A stretch of DNA of 64,000 nucleotides from positions 192,505 through 256,504 of the forward strand of contig OY970363.1 of the NCBI GenBank assembly GCA_963718605.1. The letters are read 5' to 3'. The notes beneath the pieces are model-generated. The model was given only the letters and a program-made list of their open reading frames with translations, searched no databases and was not told the DNA's origin. Shown here in pieces: positions 1 through 9,400 of this stretch. Within the stretch, counting starts at the first letter, position 1. Every line of letters starts with the position of its first letter. The stretch is from an uncultured Actinomycetes bacterium (GTDB lineage Bacteria; Actinomycetota; Acidimicrobiia; Acidimicrobiales; JACCXE01). The translations under genes were made by a program, and so were the position numbers.

Positions 1-1767
1 TTCCACGCGCCCACCGCTCCCCCAAACGGCGAGACCCTCGCCGGGACCGCCAACAACCGCTGCGGACCCCACGAACGTCGCCACAAGGCCGTTGAACGAT
101 GCGCACACCGTTGCGGACTCCTCAATGTCGGCGGCGATGGCGGACGGCGTCATCGAAGCCTCCACCCATTCACATGGCCCGCCCACTAGCGCGACGATCG
201 CGTCGACATGGTGGTAAAGATTCATTAGAACGAAGCCACCACCGGACCGAGTTCGATCAAAGCGCCAGGTTGATACCTCGCGTCCGCTGTAGCCGCCATA
301 GTAATAGGCAGGCGACTTGTCGATCAGATACGTGGACAGCGCTCCTAGCGGTCGACCGAGAAGACCGTCCGCGATAGTTTCGCGGGCGGCCAGAAACGAC
401 GGCTCGTACCGAAGTGGCAGCCATACGCCGACGGTCACACCTACAGAGTCAGCGGCGTTGGCAATCCGGGTCGCCGCTCCGACGTCAACACCGAGCGGCT
501 TCTCAAACAGCACGTGCTTGCCGGCTTGCATCGCGGCTACGCCGAGCCCTTCGTGGGTGTCGTGCGGCGTCGCGATCACGACGGCCCCGATGTCGTCGCG
601 GCGCAGAATCTCGTCGAGGGATGCGGACACACTCGTCCGATATCGCAACGCGATGTCGCTTGCGAGGTCGGTCGCGGGGTCAAAGACGGACACGAGCTCG
701 CATCGATCCGAAGCCGAGATCATGGCTGCGTCGCGCTCGCCCACGTCTCCGCAGCCGAGGAGCGCTAGGCCGAGGCGCCTCCTCGACGTGCGTGTTGCAG
801 CCGACTGTGCCGATTTGCGTCGCGGCTTGGGCGGTGCCGCCGACCAGTCGAACGCAACTGCGACGAGGGCCGCGTCAGTACTAATCCGTCGATAGACGAG
901 GGGGGCGGTCTCAGCACGGTGCACTTCGACAAGGTTCCGGAAGGTGACCTCTCCGTGCTCCAACATATTGTGGTACTCCGCACTCAGCGCCTCTTCGATC
1001 CTGGCGGCCTGCAGCCTGTCGAACTTGAGCGTGTCGATGTGGGCCCCGATAATCCGGAGTCCGCGGTCCTGAAGTTGACCCATATCGACCGGCGCGGTGT
1101 GAGCCCGGGGCGACCCAAGCAAGACGACGGTCCCGCCATCAGCGACGTGATCGAGCGCGACGGGCAGCCCACGTGGCGAGCCGGAGGCGTCCACCACGAG
1201 TGAGCAGCGTGGCTGGTCGCGACGACCGACGACGTCGAATGTTACGCGCTCCTCACCGCGGATCGACCAAGCCTTCGCGTCGGATGCGGCGAGGACATGG
1301 CACGCCTTAGCCCCGCGTGCAACCGCGAGGCGCCGCGTAATCGCGCCAACGAGACCGGCACCAACCACAACGAGCGGTGTAGACGCCGGATGACCTCCGG
1401 CTCGGAGCCCGTTCAGGCACGTAATCCCCAGCTGCCAAAGAGCCGCGTCGACTTCGTCGACGTCAGCCGCGATGCTGTGCACTTGGCTAGGCGGCACGAC
1501 GATGTGGCTTTGATGGGGAGCACCGCGGATCGCCACGCGCTCGCCTACGTGCCCCGGACCGTCGACAACCACACCCGCCGACAAGTACCCGGGAACGTGC
1601 GGAAACCCGATGTGCGCGTTCGGCAGGCCCAAGAACCGAGCCCGCTCTGTGCCAGTGCTCACCACACTCGTCGTAGTTGAGACGATGAACTGAGTTCGGT
1701 CGCGTGGCGGCAACTCGAAGTGAACTAGTTCCGCTCGTCCAGCTGCTGGCCAACTGACTGCCTTCAC
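1..1767 (-). CDS. bi-domain oxidoreductase: N-terminal zinc-ADH/MDR-like domain fused to C-terminal Gfo/Idh/MocA domain (3' end leaves the window)
   Basis: Absent from the ORF track because it has no stop inside the window. My manual minus-strand translation is open for all 589 codons from GTG at 1767, with an in-frame upstream stop at 1810-1812. N-half: MKAVSWPAAGRAELVHFELPP...PHVPGYLSAGVV...LVVVGAGLVGAITRRLA (GxGxxG). C-half: RRRLGLALLGCGDVGERDAAM...AVVIATPHDTHEGL...GKHVLFEKPLG (Rossmann fold plus the EKP motif of Gfo/Idh/MocA). Confidence 0.75.
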   Translation of the reverse strand, partial: MKAVSWPAAGRAELVHFELPPRDRTQFIVSTTTSVVSTGTERARFLGLPNAHIGFPHVPGYLSAGVVVDGPGHVGERVAIRGAPHQSHIVVPPSQVHSIAADVDEVDAALWQLGITCLNGLRAGGHPASTPLVVVGAGLVGAITRRLAVARGAKACHVLAASDAKAWSIRGEERVTFDVVGRRDQPRCSLVVDASGSPRGLPVALDHVADGGTVVLLGSPRAHTAPVDMGQLQDRGLRIIGAHIDTLKFDRLQAARIEEALSAEYHNMLEHGEVTFRNLVEVHRAETAPLVYRRISTDAALVAVAFDWSAAPPKPRRKSAQSAATRTSRRRLGLALLGCGDVGERDAAMISASDRCELVSVFDPATDLASDIALRYRTSVSASLDEILRRDDIGAVVIATPHDTHEGLGVAAMQAGKHVLFEKPLGVDVGAATRIANAADSVGVTVGVWLPLRYEPSFLAARETIADGLLGRPLGALSTYLIDKSPAYYYGGYSGREVSTWRFDRTRSGGGFVLMNLYHHVDAIVALVGGPCEWVEASMTPSAIAADIEESATVCASFNGLVATFVGSAAVVGGPGEGLAVWGSGGRVE

Positions 1768-2247
1768 ATCGATCGGTACGGTGGTCAGGAAGTTCCTAAT
1801 TGAGTAGTGTCAAAGAGTGACGTGGACACGGGCTCCGGTCCCGCTGTCGCGCGATCATGGCACACCTAATTCGTTGGGGACGTCCTCTGGTGGCGCTGCT
1901 ATTCCTTCCCGCGCCACTCGGGCCACAGGACGCTCGCGGGGTGAGCGACGAGGCTCCGTACTCGCCAGGACCTGTAATGGTCCGCTGCGGAAGTACGCGC
2001 GCATCGTCGCAAGTCGCGTCTGTTTCGCGACATTGTTGACACTCTGCTCGCCAGCATTTGGTCCGTGGGGACGTCCCCGTAGACCGATTCGTCGAGTGCC
2101 ACGTCCAACTCGCGCAATTTTCGTAACGCACTCCGCGAGCGGTTGGAGACGTCTCTCGATTGCGAAGCGGGGCTTTGACTGTCCGAGCGAGGCGCCGACT
2201 GTCTTCGGCTTCAGGCCCGCCAGGCCGTTAACGCCGCGAGGAAGCCA

Positions 2248-3063
2248 ATGAATTACACGGACCTCACCTCACCGAGCGGCACTGTCCTGAAGCTCGCCGG
2301 CGACGAGCGGGTCGTTGTCCTCTCTCCGCACCTCGACGACGCAGCACTATCGCTGGGCGCCACGATCGCTACTGCCGTCGACGCTGGCTGCGAAACGCTA
2401 ATCGCGACGTTCTTTACCGCGCAGCCGAACGGCCCCCTATCGGCAGCGGCTCAGGAGTTCCACGCCCGATGCCACTTGGACGATTCAAGCGCTGTGGCGA
2501 CACGCGTCGCGGAGGACCTCGCTGCACGAGCGGTCCTCCGCTCCGACGGGGTCCATCTCGGCCTTGAGGAGTGCTTTTACCGGCAGCGGGGTGGGCTGCC
2601 GGTGCACGCTGCCGAGTCATCGATCTTTGAGTCGACGCCCGAGGACGAGTCGGATGTTCTCGACAAGGTCACGGAAGGGCTTCGGGAAGTCATTCGGACA
2701 TTCGAGCCAGACTTAGTTTTTCTCCCGCTTGGCGTCGGAAATCACATCGACCATCTACTAGTGCGAGGCGCCGCGATGCGGATGCGCCACGCGTCGCGTG
2801 CCGCGAGATGGCTGGCCTACGAGGAGCTGCCCTATGTTCTCTTCGAGCGGTGCAAGGGCTACGATGCGGGCCTTGAAGGCCCGTCCCTCCAGGTCGAAAC
2901 ATCTGCTGCGGCTTGGCCTCGCAAGCTAGAAGCGATCGGCTGCTACACGTCACAGCTTCCTATCCTGTTCGAAGCGGCGACTGGATGGCGTCAAGAGGTC
3001 CTCCGGCATGCAACTGCAGGGCGGCTTGCGCGACCGACAGAGCGTGTGTGGGTCTCTTGGTGA
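2248..3063 (+). CDS. PIG-L/LmbE family deacetylase
   Basis: 271-aa ORF. VVVLSPHLDDAALSLG (PDD motif) and PLGVGNHIDHLLV (HxDH) form the metal-binding signature of PIG-L/LmbE N-acetylglucosaminyl deacetylases. Confidence 0.8.
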   Translation: MNYTDLTSPSGTVLKLAGDERVVVLSPHLDDAALSLGATIATAVDAGCETLIATFFTAQPNGPLSAAAQEFHARCHLDDSSAVATRVAEDLAARAVLRSDGVHLGLEECFYRQRGGLPVHAAESSIFESTPEDESDVLDKVTEGLREVIRTFEPDLVFLPLGVGNHIDHLLVRGAAMRMRHASRAARWLAYEELPYVLFERCKGYDAGLEGPSLQVETSAAAWPRKLEAIGCYTSQLPILFEAATGWRQEVLRHATAGRLARPTERVWVSW

Positions 3064-3839
3064 GTCCACGCCGAAGCGCTCGCAAGGCGTACATCGCCGC
3101 TCGCTATTGGGAAGAAGTCGCTCGCTCGGTCAGGGACCGCAACGTCGAGGACGAACTCCTCGCTGGGGACGAAACGCCTTTTCATCGCTACAAGCGCGCC
3201 CTCGTGTCTCGCAGCATTCGTCAACTTGACCTCCACGCTGCACGCGTCCTGGAGGTCGGTTGCGGGCCGGGGGGCAACCTATCGCTTATCGAGTCGAGCG
3301 CCATGGTAGTCGGGGTTGATCAGAGCGGGTCAATGTTACGGCTCGCCGGCCTACGGACCGAGGGACTGCTCGTGCGCTGTGCTGGTGCAGCGCTTCCATT
3401 TCGCGATGGCGCCTTCGACCTCGTTTTGTTCGTGACCGTGCTGCAGCACAACGACGACGCCACGGCGAATCGTTTGATCGCTGAAGCGTGTCGAGTCGCC
3501 GACCACGTGCATCTCTACGAGGACACATCCTGGATCAGCATCCGCGATCGCCCGTCTCACTTCTCCCGAAGTAAGCGCCGTTACATAGCATGGTTTAGCG
3601 ACCGGGGTTACCTGTGCTCCGACTTCGAACCGTTCCGAATTTTCGCCAGTGAGACGTTCGCGACGGGTACACGCCGGTTTTTGAACCGCCGTACACGACA
3701 CGAGGGCGAACCCGTGAGCCGGCGGCATCGCTCCGTCGAACAACGGGGTCTCCGGGTTACGAGGCAACTTGACCCGTGGTTGCCCTCCCCGGTCGGGATT
3801 GCCCGGCTGAGCTTTCGCCGCCGTGCGATCACGCGGTGA
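3060..3839 (+). CDS. class I SAM-dependent methyltransferase
   Basis: VLEVGCGPGGN (SAM motif I) and DLVLFVTVLQH. I moved the start to GTG 3060, which overlaps the upstream TGA (GTGA). The first 49 codons of ORF 2913..3839 lie inside the PIG-L gene and look non-coding. Confidence 0.75.
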   Translation: MSPRRSARKAYIAARYWEEVARSVRDRNVEDELLAGDETPFHRYKRALVSRSIRQLDLHAARVLEVGCGPGGNLSLIESSAMVVGVDQSGSMLRLAGLRTEGLLVRCAGAALPFRDGAFDLVLFVTVLQHNDDATANRLIAEACRVADHVHLYEDTSWISIRDRPSHFSRSKRRYIAWFSDRGYLCSDFEPFRIFASETFATGTRRFLNRRTRHEGEPVSRRHRSVEQRGLRVTRQLDPWLPSPVGIARLSFRRRAITR

Positions 3840-3849
3840 AGGAGTAGCG

Positions 3850-5232
3850 GTGACTGATCCAGATCGCCAGCGCCGACGTCTACTGCTCCTTGCCTTTTAC
3901 GTCCCACCGGCCACAGGTGGCGGGGTGCCTCGCCCGACAAAGCTATCGGCGTTCCTCGAGGAACTCGGTTGGGAGGTGACAGTGCTAACCGTTCGGCGAA
4001 CGGGAGACATCGATCCGTTACTCGCGCCACCGCCAAGGTTGATCACAACGAAGGAGGTGAACTTAGGCTGGTTATTGCGCGCGTTCGATCGACTTGAGCG
4101 CGCTCTCGCTCGCCGCGCTAGCCGTCAGCGCGACGCCGCGTCCGAACCGCCCCTAATCGAAACCGAGTTCGCCGTCCGCGAGGCGGAACTCCCAGCAAGC
4201 CGTCCCGGATGGTTTCTCCCCGCTGTGCTCGCCGGTGTTCGATCGTCGCGGCGTGCTCGATTCGACGTCGTCTTAGCATCTCAGCCACCTCCGGTGGTCG
4301 GCATGGCTGGATGCATCATCGCTCGCATAACGAGAACCCCGTTCGTCTTGGAGTATCGCGACCCTTGGTCGGTCGATCCCGTGTGGCGCTACGATGACAT
4401 CGGGAGACCACGTCACGATCCCGCCGTGCGCGCCCGGCTGCGCGTTGCAAGATTGATCGAGGGAGCGATGCTCCGCCAGGCCGCTGGCGCAATCGTCGTC
4501 AACGGCGAACCCAACGTCGCAGCGCTCAAGGACACGTTCCCGCGCGCTCTTAAGGACAAGCCGGTGTGGCACATCCCGAACGGCGTCGACCTTGACGACG
4601 TCCGTCGCACCGCTGCCGTCGCTCGCTCGCAACCGTTAACGAACGATCCAAGTCGCGCGTCGCGCCTAGTAGTCAGCCATAATGGCCACTTCTACGGACA
4701 CCACACGCCATATTTCGTCGTGCGAGGCCTGCGGGAGTTGGCTGCGTCGGATCCCGCGACGAGCGCGCGGCTGCGTGTCGACTTCGTAGGGTGGGGTTTC
4801 CCCGAGCGCCTTCGGCTTGCGCTTCCAGAGTGGGGACTTGAGGACATAGTCCGGGTGCTCCCTGCGGAGTCGTACTCGGGGTCCCTAGTGCGCCAACACC
4901 GCGCCAACGCACTGCTTTTGGTGCTGCCACCGTACTCTTCTTACGTTGACTGCATACCTACGAAGCTTTGGGAGTACATGGCCATGGGAAAGCCCATAAT
5001 CTCGGTTAGTCCGCACGGCCGGGCGACTGAGCTCCTCTCCCGAGAGCTACCCGTCTTGCACGCCGAACCGACAAGTCCAGTCGCAATCGCTTCCGCGTTC
5101 CGGGGCCTAGTCGAGCTGATCGATGCAACCCCACTCGGGGAACCCGCAACTCGCCACGATGCCCCCTGGGACTACCGGTCTCGCGCTCGAGATCTGAATG
5201 TCGTGCTCCGATCGGTCACCGGCTCGCGCTAG
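3850..5232 (+). CDS. GT-B fold glycosyltransferase (GT4-like)
   Basis: N-terminus RRRLLLLAFYVPPATGGGVPRPTKLSAFLEELGWEVTVLT is typical of GT4 N-domains. The C-terminal KLWEYMAMGKPIISVS matches the E-x7-E-like nucleotide-sugar motif region. GTG 3850 lies 6 nt after AAGGAG (3839-3844); ORF-track start 3823 is the alternative. Confidence 0.7.
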   Translation: MTDPDRQRRRLLLLAFYVPPATGGGVPRPTKLSAFLEELGWEVTVLTVRRTGDIDPLLAPPPRLITTKEVNLGWLLRAFDRLERALARRASRQRDAASEPPLIETEFAVREAELPASRPGWFLPAVLAGVRSSRRARFDVVLASQPPPVVGMAGCIIARITRTPFVLEYRDPWSVDPVWRYDDIGRPRHDPAVRARLRVARLIEGAMLRQAAGAIVVNGEPNVAALKDTFPRALKDKPVWHIPNGVDLDDVRRTAAVARSQPLTNDPSRASRLVVSHNGHFYGHHTPYFVVRGLRELAASDPATSARLRVDFVGWGFPERLRLALPEWGLEDIVRVLPAESYSGSLVRQHRANALLLVLPPYSSYVDCIPTKLWEYMAMGKPIISVSPHGRATELLSRELPVLHAEPTSPVAIASAFRGLVELIDATPLGEPATRHDAPWDYRSRARDLNVVLRSVTGSR

Positions 5233-5234
5233 CG

Positions 5235-6002
5235 CTAATAGCGCGCTGCGTTCCGATCCGCTCCGTCGATCATTCCGATGTACTCGTATGGCTCCCACCC
5301 GAGGAGTGACCTGAGCCGAACTGTCGCGTCGACGTGCACCCGCGGATCTAGCGAGACGAAGAAGTTCTCTTGCTGCCGAACAAAGGGTCGGCAGTAATAG
5401 GCGAGCAAGGCGTGCCGACGTGTCGCGGTCCGGTTCGCGCCGGTCCGGTGCCATAGACGCGCGTCAAGGCAAAGCGCCGACCCCGCGGGGCATTCGATGG
5501 GCGTGAGCGTATCGATTGCCGGCGGATCATCGATACGGTGGCTGCCGATGGAAACCTCGGTGGCTCCGTTCTCAGCCGTGAAGTCGTCGAGCGCCCAGAT
5601 CACCGTTGCTGCGAGGGCATACGGCCAAGGTCGCGGAGCGTACAACTGATCGTTGTGGACGACCATCGGCTCTCCGCCGTGACCAGCAATGTTGGCACTC
5701 AGGTTCGACAGTAGGAACGGCCGGTCGAGCAGTTCCGCTACTAGGGCGAGCGCAATCTCGTGCTCGGCCAGTGCGACGAAAACATCGTCCTTGTTAAGCA
5801 GAGACCAGACTCGCTGGTTGCAACCGTTTGAATAGACGAAGTCGGTATCCCGAGCGACTTCGTCCGCGGCAATCGAGAGGAGGCGAGTACGAGTGTGTGC
5901 ACACTCCTCGCTGGTGAGCGCGTCGCGCACTACGCAGCAACCGAACTCGCGCAGGTCGGCGGCGGCTTGGACGAGGGAGGTCACGGGTAGCGGCCCACTC
6001 AT
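5235..6002 (-). CDS. phytanoyl-CoA dioxygenase (PhyH) family Fe(II)/2-oxoglutarate hydroxylase
   Basis: MVVHNDQ (HxD facial-triad part, so hydroxylase-type rather than halogenase-type), distal His in RLWHRTGANRT, and PhyH-like length. Start set to ATG 6002 (MSGPLPVTSL). The 67-codon extension of ORF 5235..6203 is Arg/Pro/Ala-rich and looks non-coding. Confidence 0.75.
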   Translation of the reverse strand: MSGPLPVTSLVQAAADLREFGCCVVRDALTSEECAHTRTRLLSIAADEVARDTDFVYSNGCNQRVWSLLNKDDVFVALAEHEIALALVAELLDRPFLLSNLSANIAGHGGEPMVVHNDQLYAPRPWPYALAATVIWALDDFTAENGATEVSIGSHRIDDPPAIDTLTPIECPAGSALCLDARLWHRTGANRTATRRHALLAYYCRPFVRQQENFFVSLDPRVHVDATVRLRSLLGWEPYEYIGMIDGADRNAARY

Positions 6003-6471
6003 TGTGGTCTTCTCACGGATGACGCAGTGTCGTTTTAACGGATTCAGAAGACGTCCCAAAGACCACGGCGCAGAAGCCCTCGCCGACGCTCCATGCGTCC
6101 TTGGTCGCGGACTCGCTCCTCCTGTCGCAATCGGCGACAGTGCTGCCGGAACAGACGCGGCAAGCGTTCGCGAACCCGGCGGCATCGACCGAGGATCTCC
6201 CAAGGGCGCTCTGCCTAGCGACAGTCACGATGACAACGCCCCTTCGCGACCGAGCGCGACCGAGCGCGACCGGCACAGCATCGTTCGTTTGAGTTGGGTT
6301 GGGCGCCGGGCCATGACTTCTCCGATGCTTGGAGGCTCCACGAAACCGATGCCGATTCAAATTGATCGGGTCTCAGTTTCCCGTTCCTGCGACTCGCCAC
6401 GCCGTCGCACGTCCGGTGACTACGTAGCGTCGCGCGACTACTGAATCGGCTTTTCGCGAACTTGAACCGCC

Positions 6472-9400
6472 CTAGATGGTATCGAGATAAGCGAGAACTT
6501 CCGGCGCATCCAGAAGTTTCGAGTGCTCGACTAGCGTGTCCACCGTCACTATTTGCATCGTCGGGTAGACGACGTTCCAGGTGGATCTCAACTGCTCCGT
6601 TAGCTGTAATCGTGGACTCGCGATCAATAGCTCTGTAGAAACATCGTACGCCGCGACAGATTGATTAGCGCATTGGAACGCAAGTAGCAGCCAACTACTA
6701 TGAAACTCGTACTCACCGATGTCGTTCCCATGGCTTGGCAGTACTCGACGCACGATTTCTATCGCACGCTCCAGTTGGCTCCGTCCGTTCGTAGGGTCAA
6801 ATGGCTGGTGCAACCCCGCTGCGGCGAACTCATCGAATAATTCGCCCTCCATACCAAATGCTTCGGGCAAAGTGCTGGCGGAGTAGACAGATTGCGCCCG
6901 TATTGCTTCCAAAGGAGTGGGCTCCACGAGTACCAAATTAACGTTAAGCCCAAGGTTTTTGAGTTCAGTCGCCGCGATCGTCGCTGGCCATCCTGACAGG
7001 CTGAAGCCCACCACGGTTACTTTCGTAATGCCGTCGACGAGCATCGCCTGAATCATGCGGGCTCGCCTTCGCGCATCATCGTGAAGGTCGACCGAATAGA
7101 CGCCGTCGACAAATGGTTCAGGATCAAGCGCGTACAGCTCGCGTTCGTAGCCGCTCCGTCGCCAATTCGCCTGAACATGACTTGCGATACCGGGACAAGG
7201 CGACAGCAGCCAAATCGGAGGCTTGGTCCCCCGGCTCTGTCCCACCGGGCGCGGCAGCGAGGACCTGTCCTCGCCATCTGCCGCGAGTTCCTCGACGGTT
7301 GGATTCTGAAACAACATTCGAGGCGTGATCTCCACACCGGCGTTTCGTGCCCGTGAGATGACCTGAATGCTCAGGATCGAGTCGCCACCCAACGCGAAGA
7401 AATCATCGTGGACACCGACACGGTCCACTCCCAACACCTCACACCAAATCCCCGCAAGGAGTTCCTCAGTCGGAGTCCGCGGCGCCACAAACTCCTGGCC
7501 CAACTCCGGCCGCGAACCATCCGGCGCCGGCAACGCCTTGCGATCAACCTTGCCATTCGGCGTCAACGGCAACCCGTCCAACACCACAAACGCCGACGGC
7601 ACCATGTAATCCGGCAACACCCGACGCAGAGACTCACGCAACTCCGTCGTCGACAGAACACTCCCATCGACGGGCACCACATAACCAACCAACCGCTTGT
7701 CACCCGGCGCATCCTCCCGAGCAACCACCACCGCCTCACCCACCCCCACACAACCCAGCAACGCGGCCTCAACCTCACCACACTCAATCCGGAACCCCCG
7801 GATCTTCACCTGATCATCCAGCCGACCCAAAAACTCCAAATTCCCATCCGGCAAATACCGCACCACATCACCAGTCCGATAAAGCCGCGCCCCCGCCACA
7901 TCACTAAAGGGATGCGGCACAAACCGCTCCGCCGTCAACTCCGGACGACGCAAATACCCCCGCGCCAAACCCACCCCACCAATAAACAACTCGCCCGCCA
8001 CACCCACCGGCACCGGACGACCCCACCGATCCAACACAAACAACTCCGTATTCGCAATCGGCCGACCAATCGGCGGCGACCCGACACCGTTCGAGCTGAT
8101 GCGGCCGGCAGTGGTCACGACCGTGCACTCCGTCGGCCCGTAATGATTCACGATCTCAAACGGGACGCCCCCAACGCGTGCCGACCAACGATCACCTCCC
8201 ACCAACAACCTGCCCAGAGACGCGTCAGACGCGCTGGGACTAGACACAACACCTTCCGCCATCGCCGTCGGTAAGAACGTGGTAGTCAAACCGTCGCGCT
8301 CCCACCAACCCAAAACGGCTTCAACGTCACCCCGGGCGGCACTAGGCACAAGCGACAATGACGCCCCGCTCGACAGCGGAGGCCACACCTCCCACACCGA
8401 CGCGTCAAACGCTAACGAAGCGAACTGGCCACAACGCTGCGCCGCATCCAACCCGTAAGCCCCAACATGCCAACTCACCAAGTTGGTGAGGCTGCGGTGT
8501 TCGATGAGGACGCCCTTGGGTTGGCCGGTGGATCCCGACGTATAAATCACATAAGCCAAGTCGGTGGCAGTCGCCGCCGGACCCGGGTTCGTGTCCGGGA
8601 AGCCGTCATAAACCGACGACTCGTCCAAACACAGAACCTCAGCAACACCAACGGGCAACGAGCCCAGAAGATGACGCTGACTCAACAGGACTGGCGCGGC
8701 GGTGTCCTCGAGCATGAACGCAAGCCGATCAGCGGGATAGTCGGGATCCAACGGCACATACGCGCCTCCCGCCTTCAAAATCGCGAGTAACCCGACCACC
8801 ATCTCCGGGCTGCGCTCCACACAGATCCCGACCAACACATCCGGACCCACACCCAGATCACGCAAATGATGCGCCAACCGGTTCGCCCGCCGATTCAACT
8901 CCCCATAAGACAGCGACACATCCTCAAACACCACCGCGGTCGCATCAGGATCCCGAACAACCTGATCCTCGAACAACTCATGCACACAACGATCCGACGG
9001 AAACTCGACCGCCGTGTCATTCCACTCCACCAACAACTGGCGCCGCTCATCAACGCCAAGCAACTCCAACTCACCGATCCGACAATCCGGATCCGCCACC
9101 ATCCCCGCCAACAGGTTCCGCAAATGCCCCGCCATCCGCGCCACCGTCGACGAATCAAATCGTCGAGTGTCGTGGGAGAGGCGCAGCGACAAATGGGGGC
9201 GAGGCGAGGCGACGAGTAGTAGCGGGAAGTTTGTTTGTTCGTGGGCTCCGACGATGCGGACGTCGAACTCGTCGCGTTGAGGGGCAGCCGCCTCGATGGG
9301 GTAGTTCTCAAAGACGACGATATTTTCGAAAAGCGACGTGCCGGGTGGTAGTTCGCTGAGGTTCTGGATTTCTGCGAGCGAGCTGTATTCGAATTCGCGC

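Noticed and set aside
1768-2247. ORFs 1796..2131(-), 1899..2117(-) and 1817..2251(+) in the 480-bp divergent intergenic region; a possible HTH-like stretch (LKPKTVGASLGQSKPRFAIERRL) on the minus strand
   Set aside because: The plausible-looking pieces lie in different frames with no intact ORF or start. At best this is a decayed regulator remnant, and there is not enough to annotate.
6003-6471. Possible MbtH-like or other small gene between the NRPS-C stop and the PhyH start; a 10-bp tandem (cgaccgagcg x2.6) at 6247-6273
   Set aside because: No frame gives an MbtH signature or a convincing ORF. The short tandem is too small to interpret.
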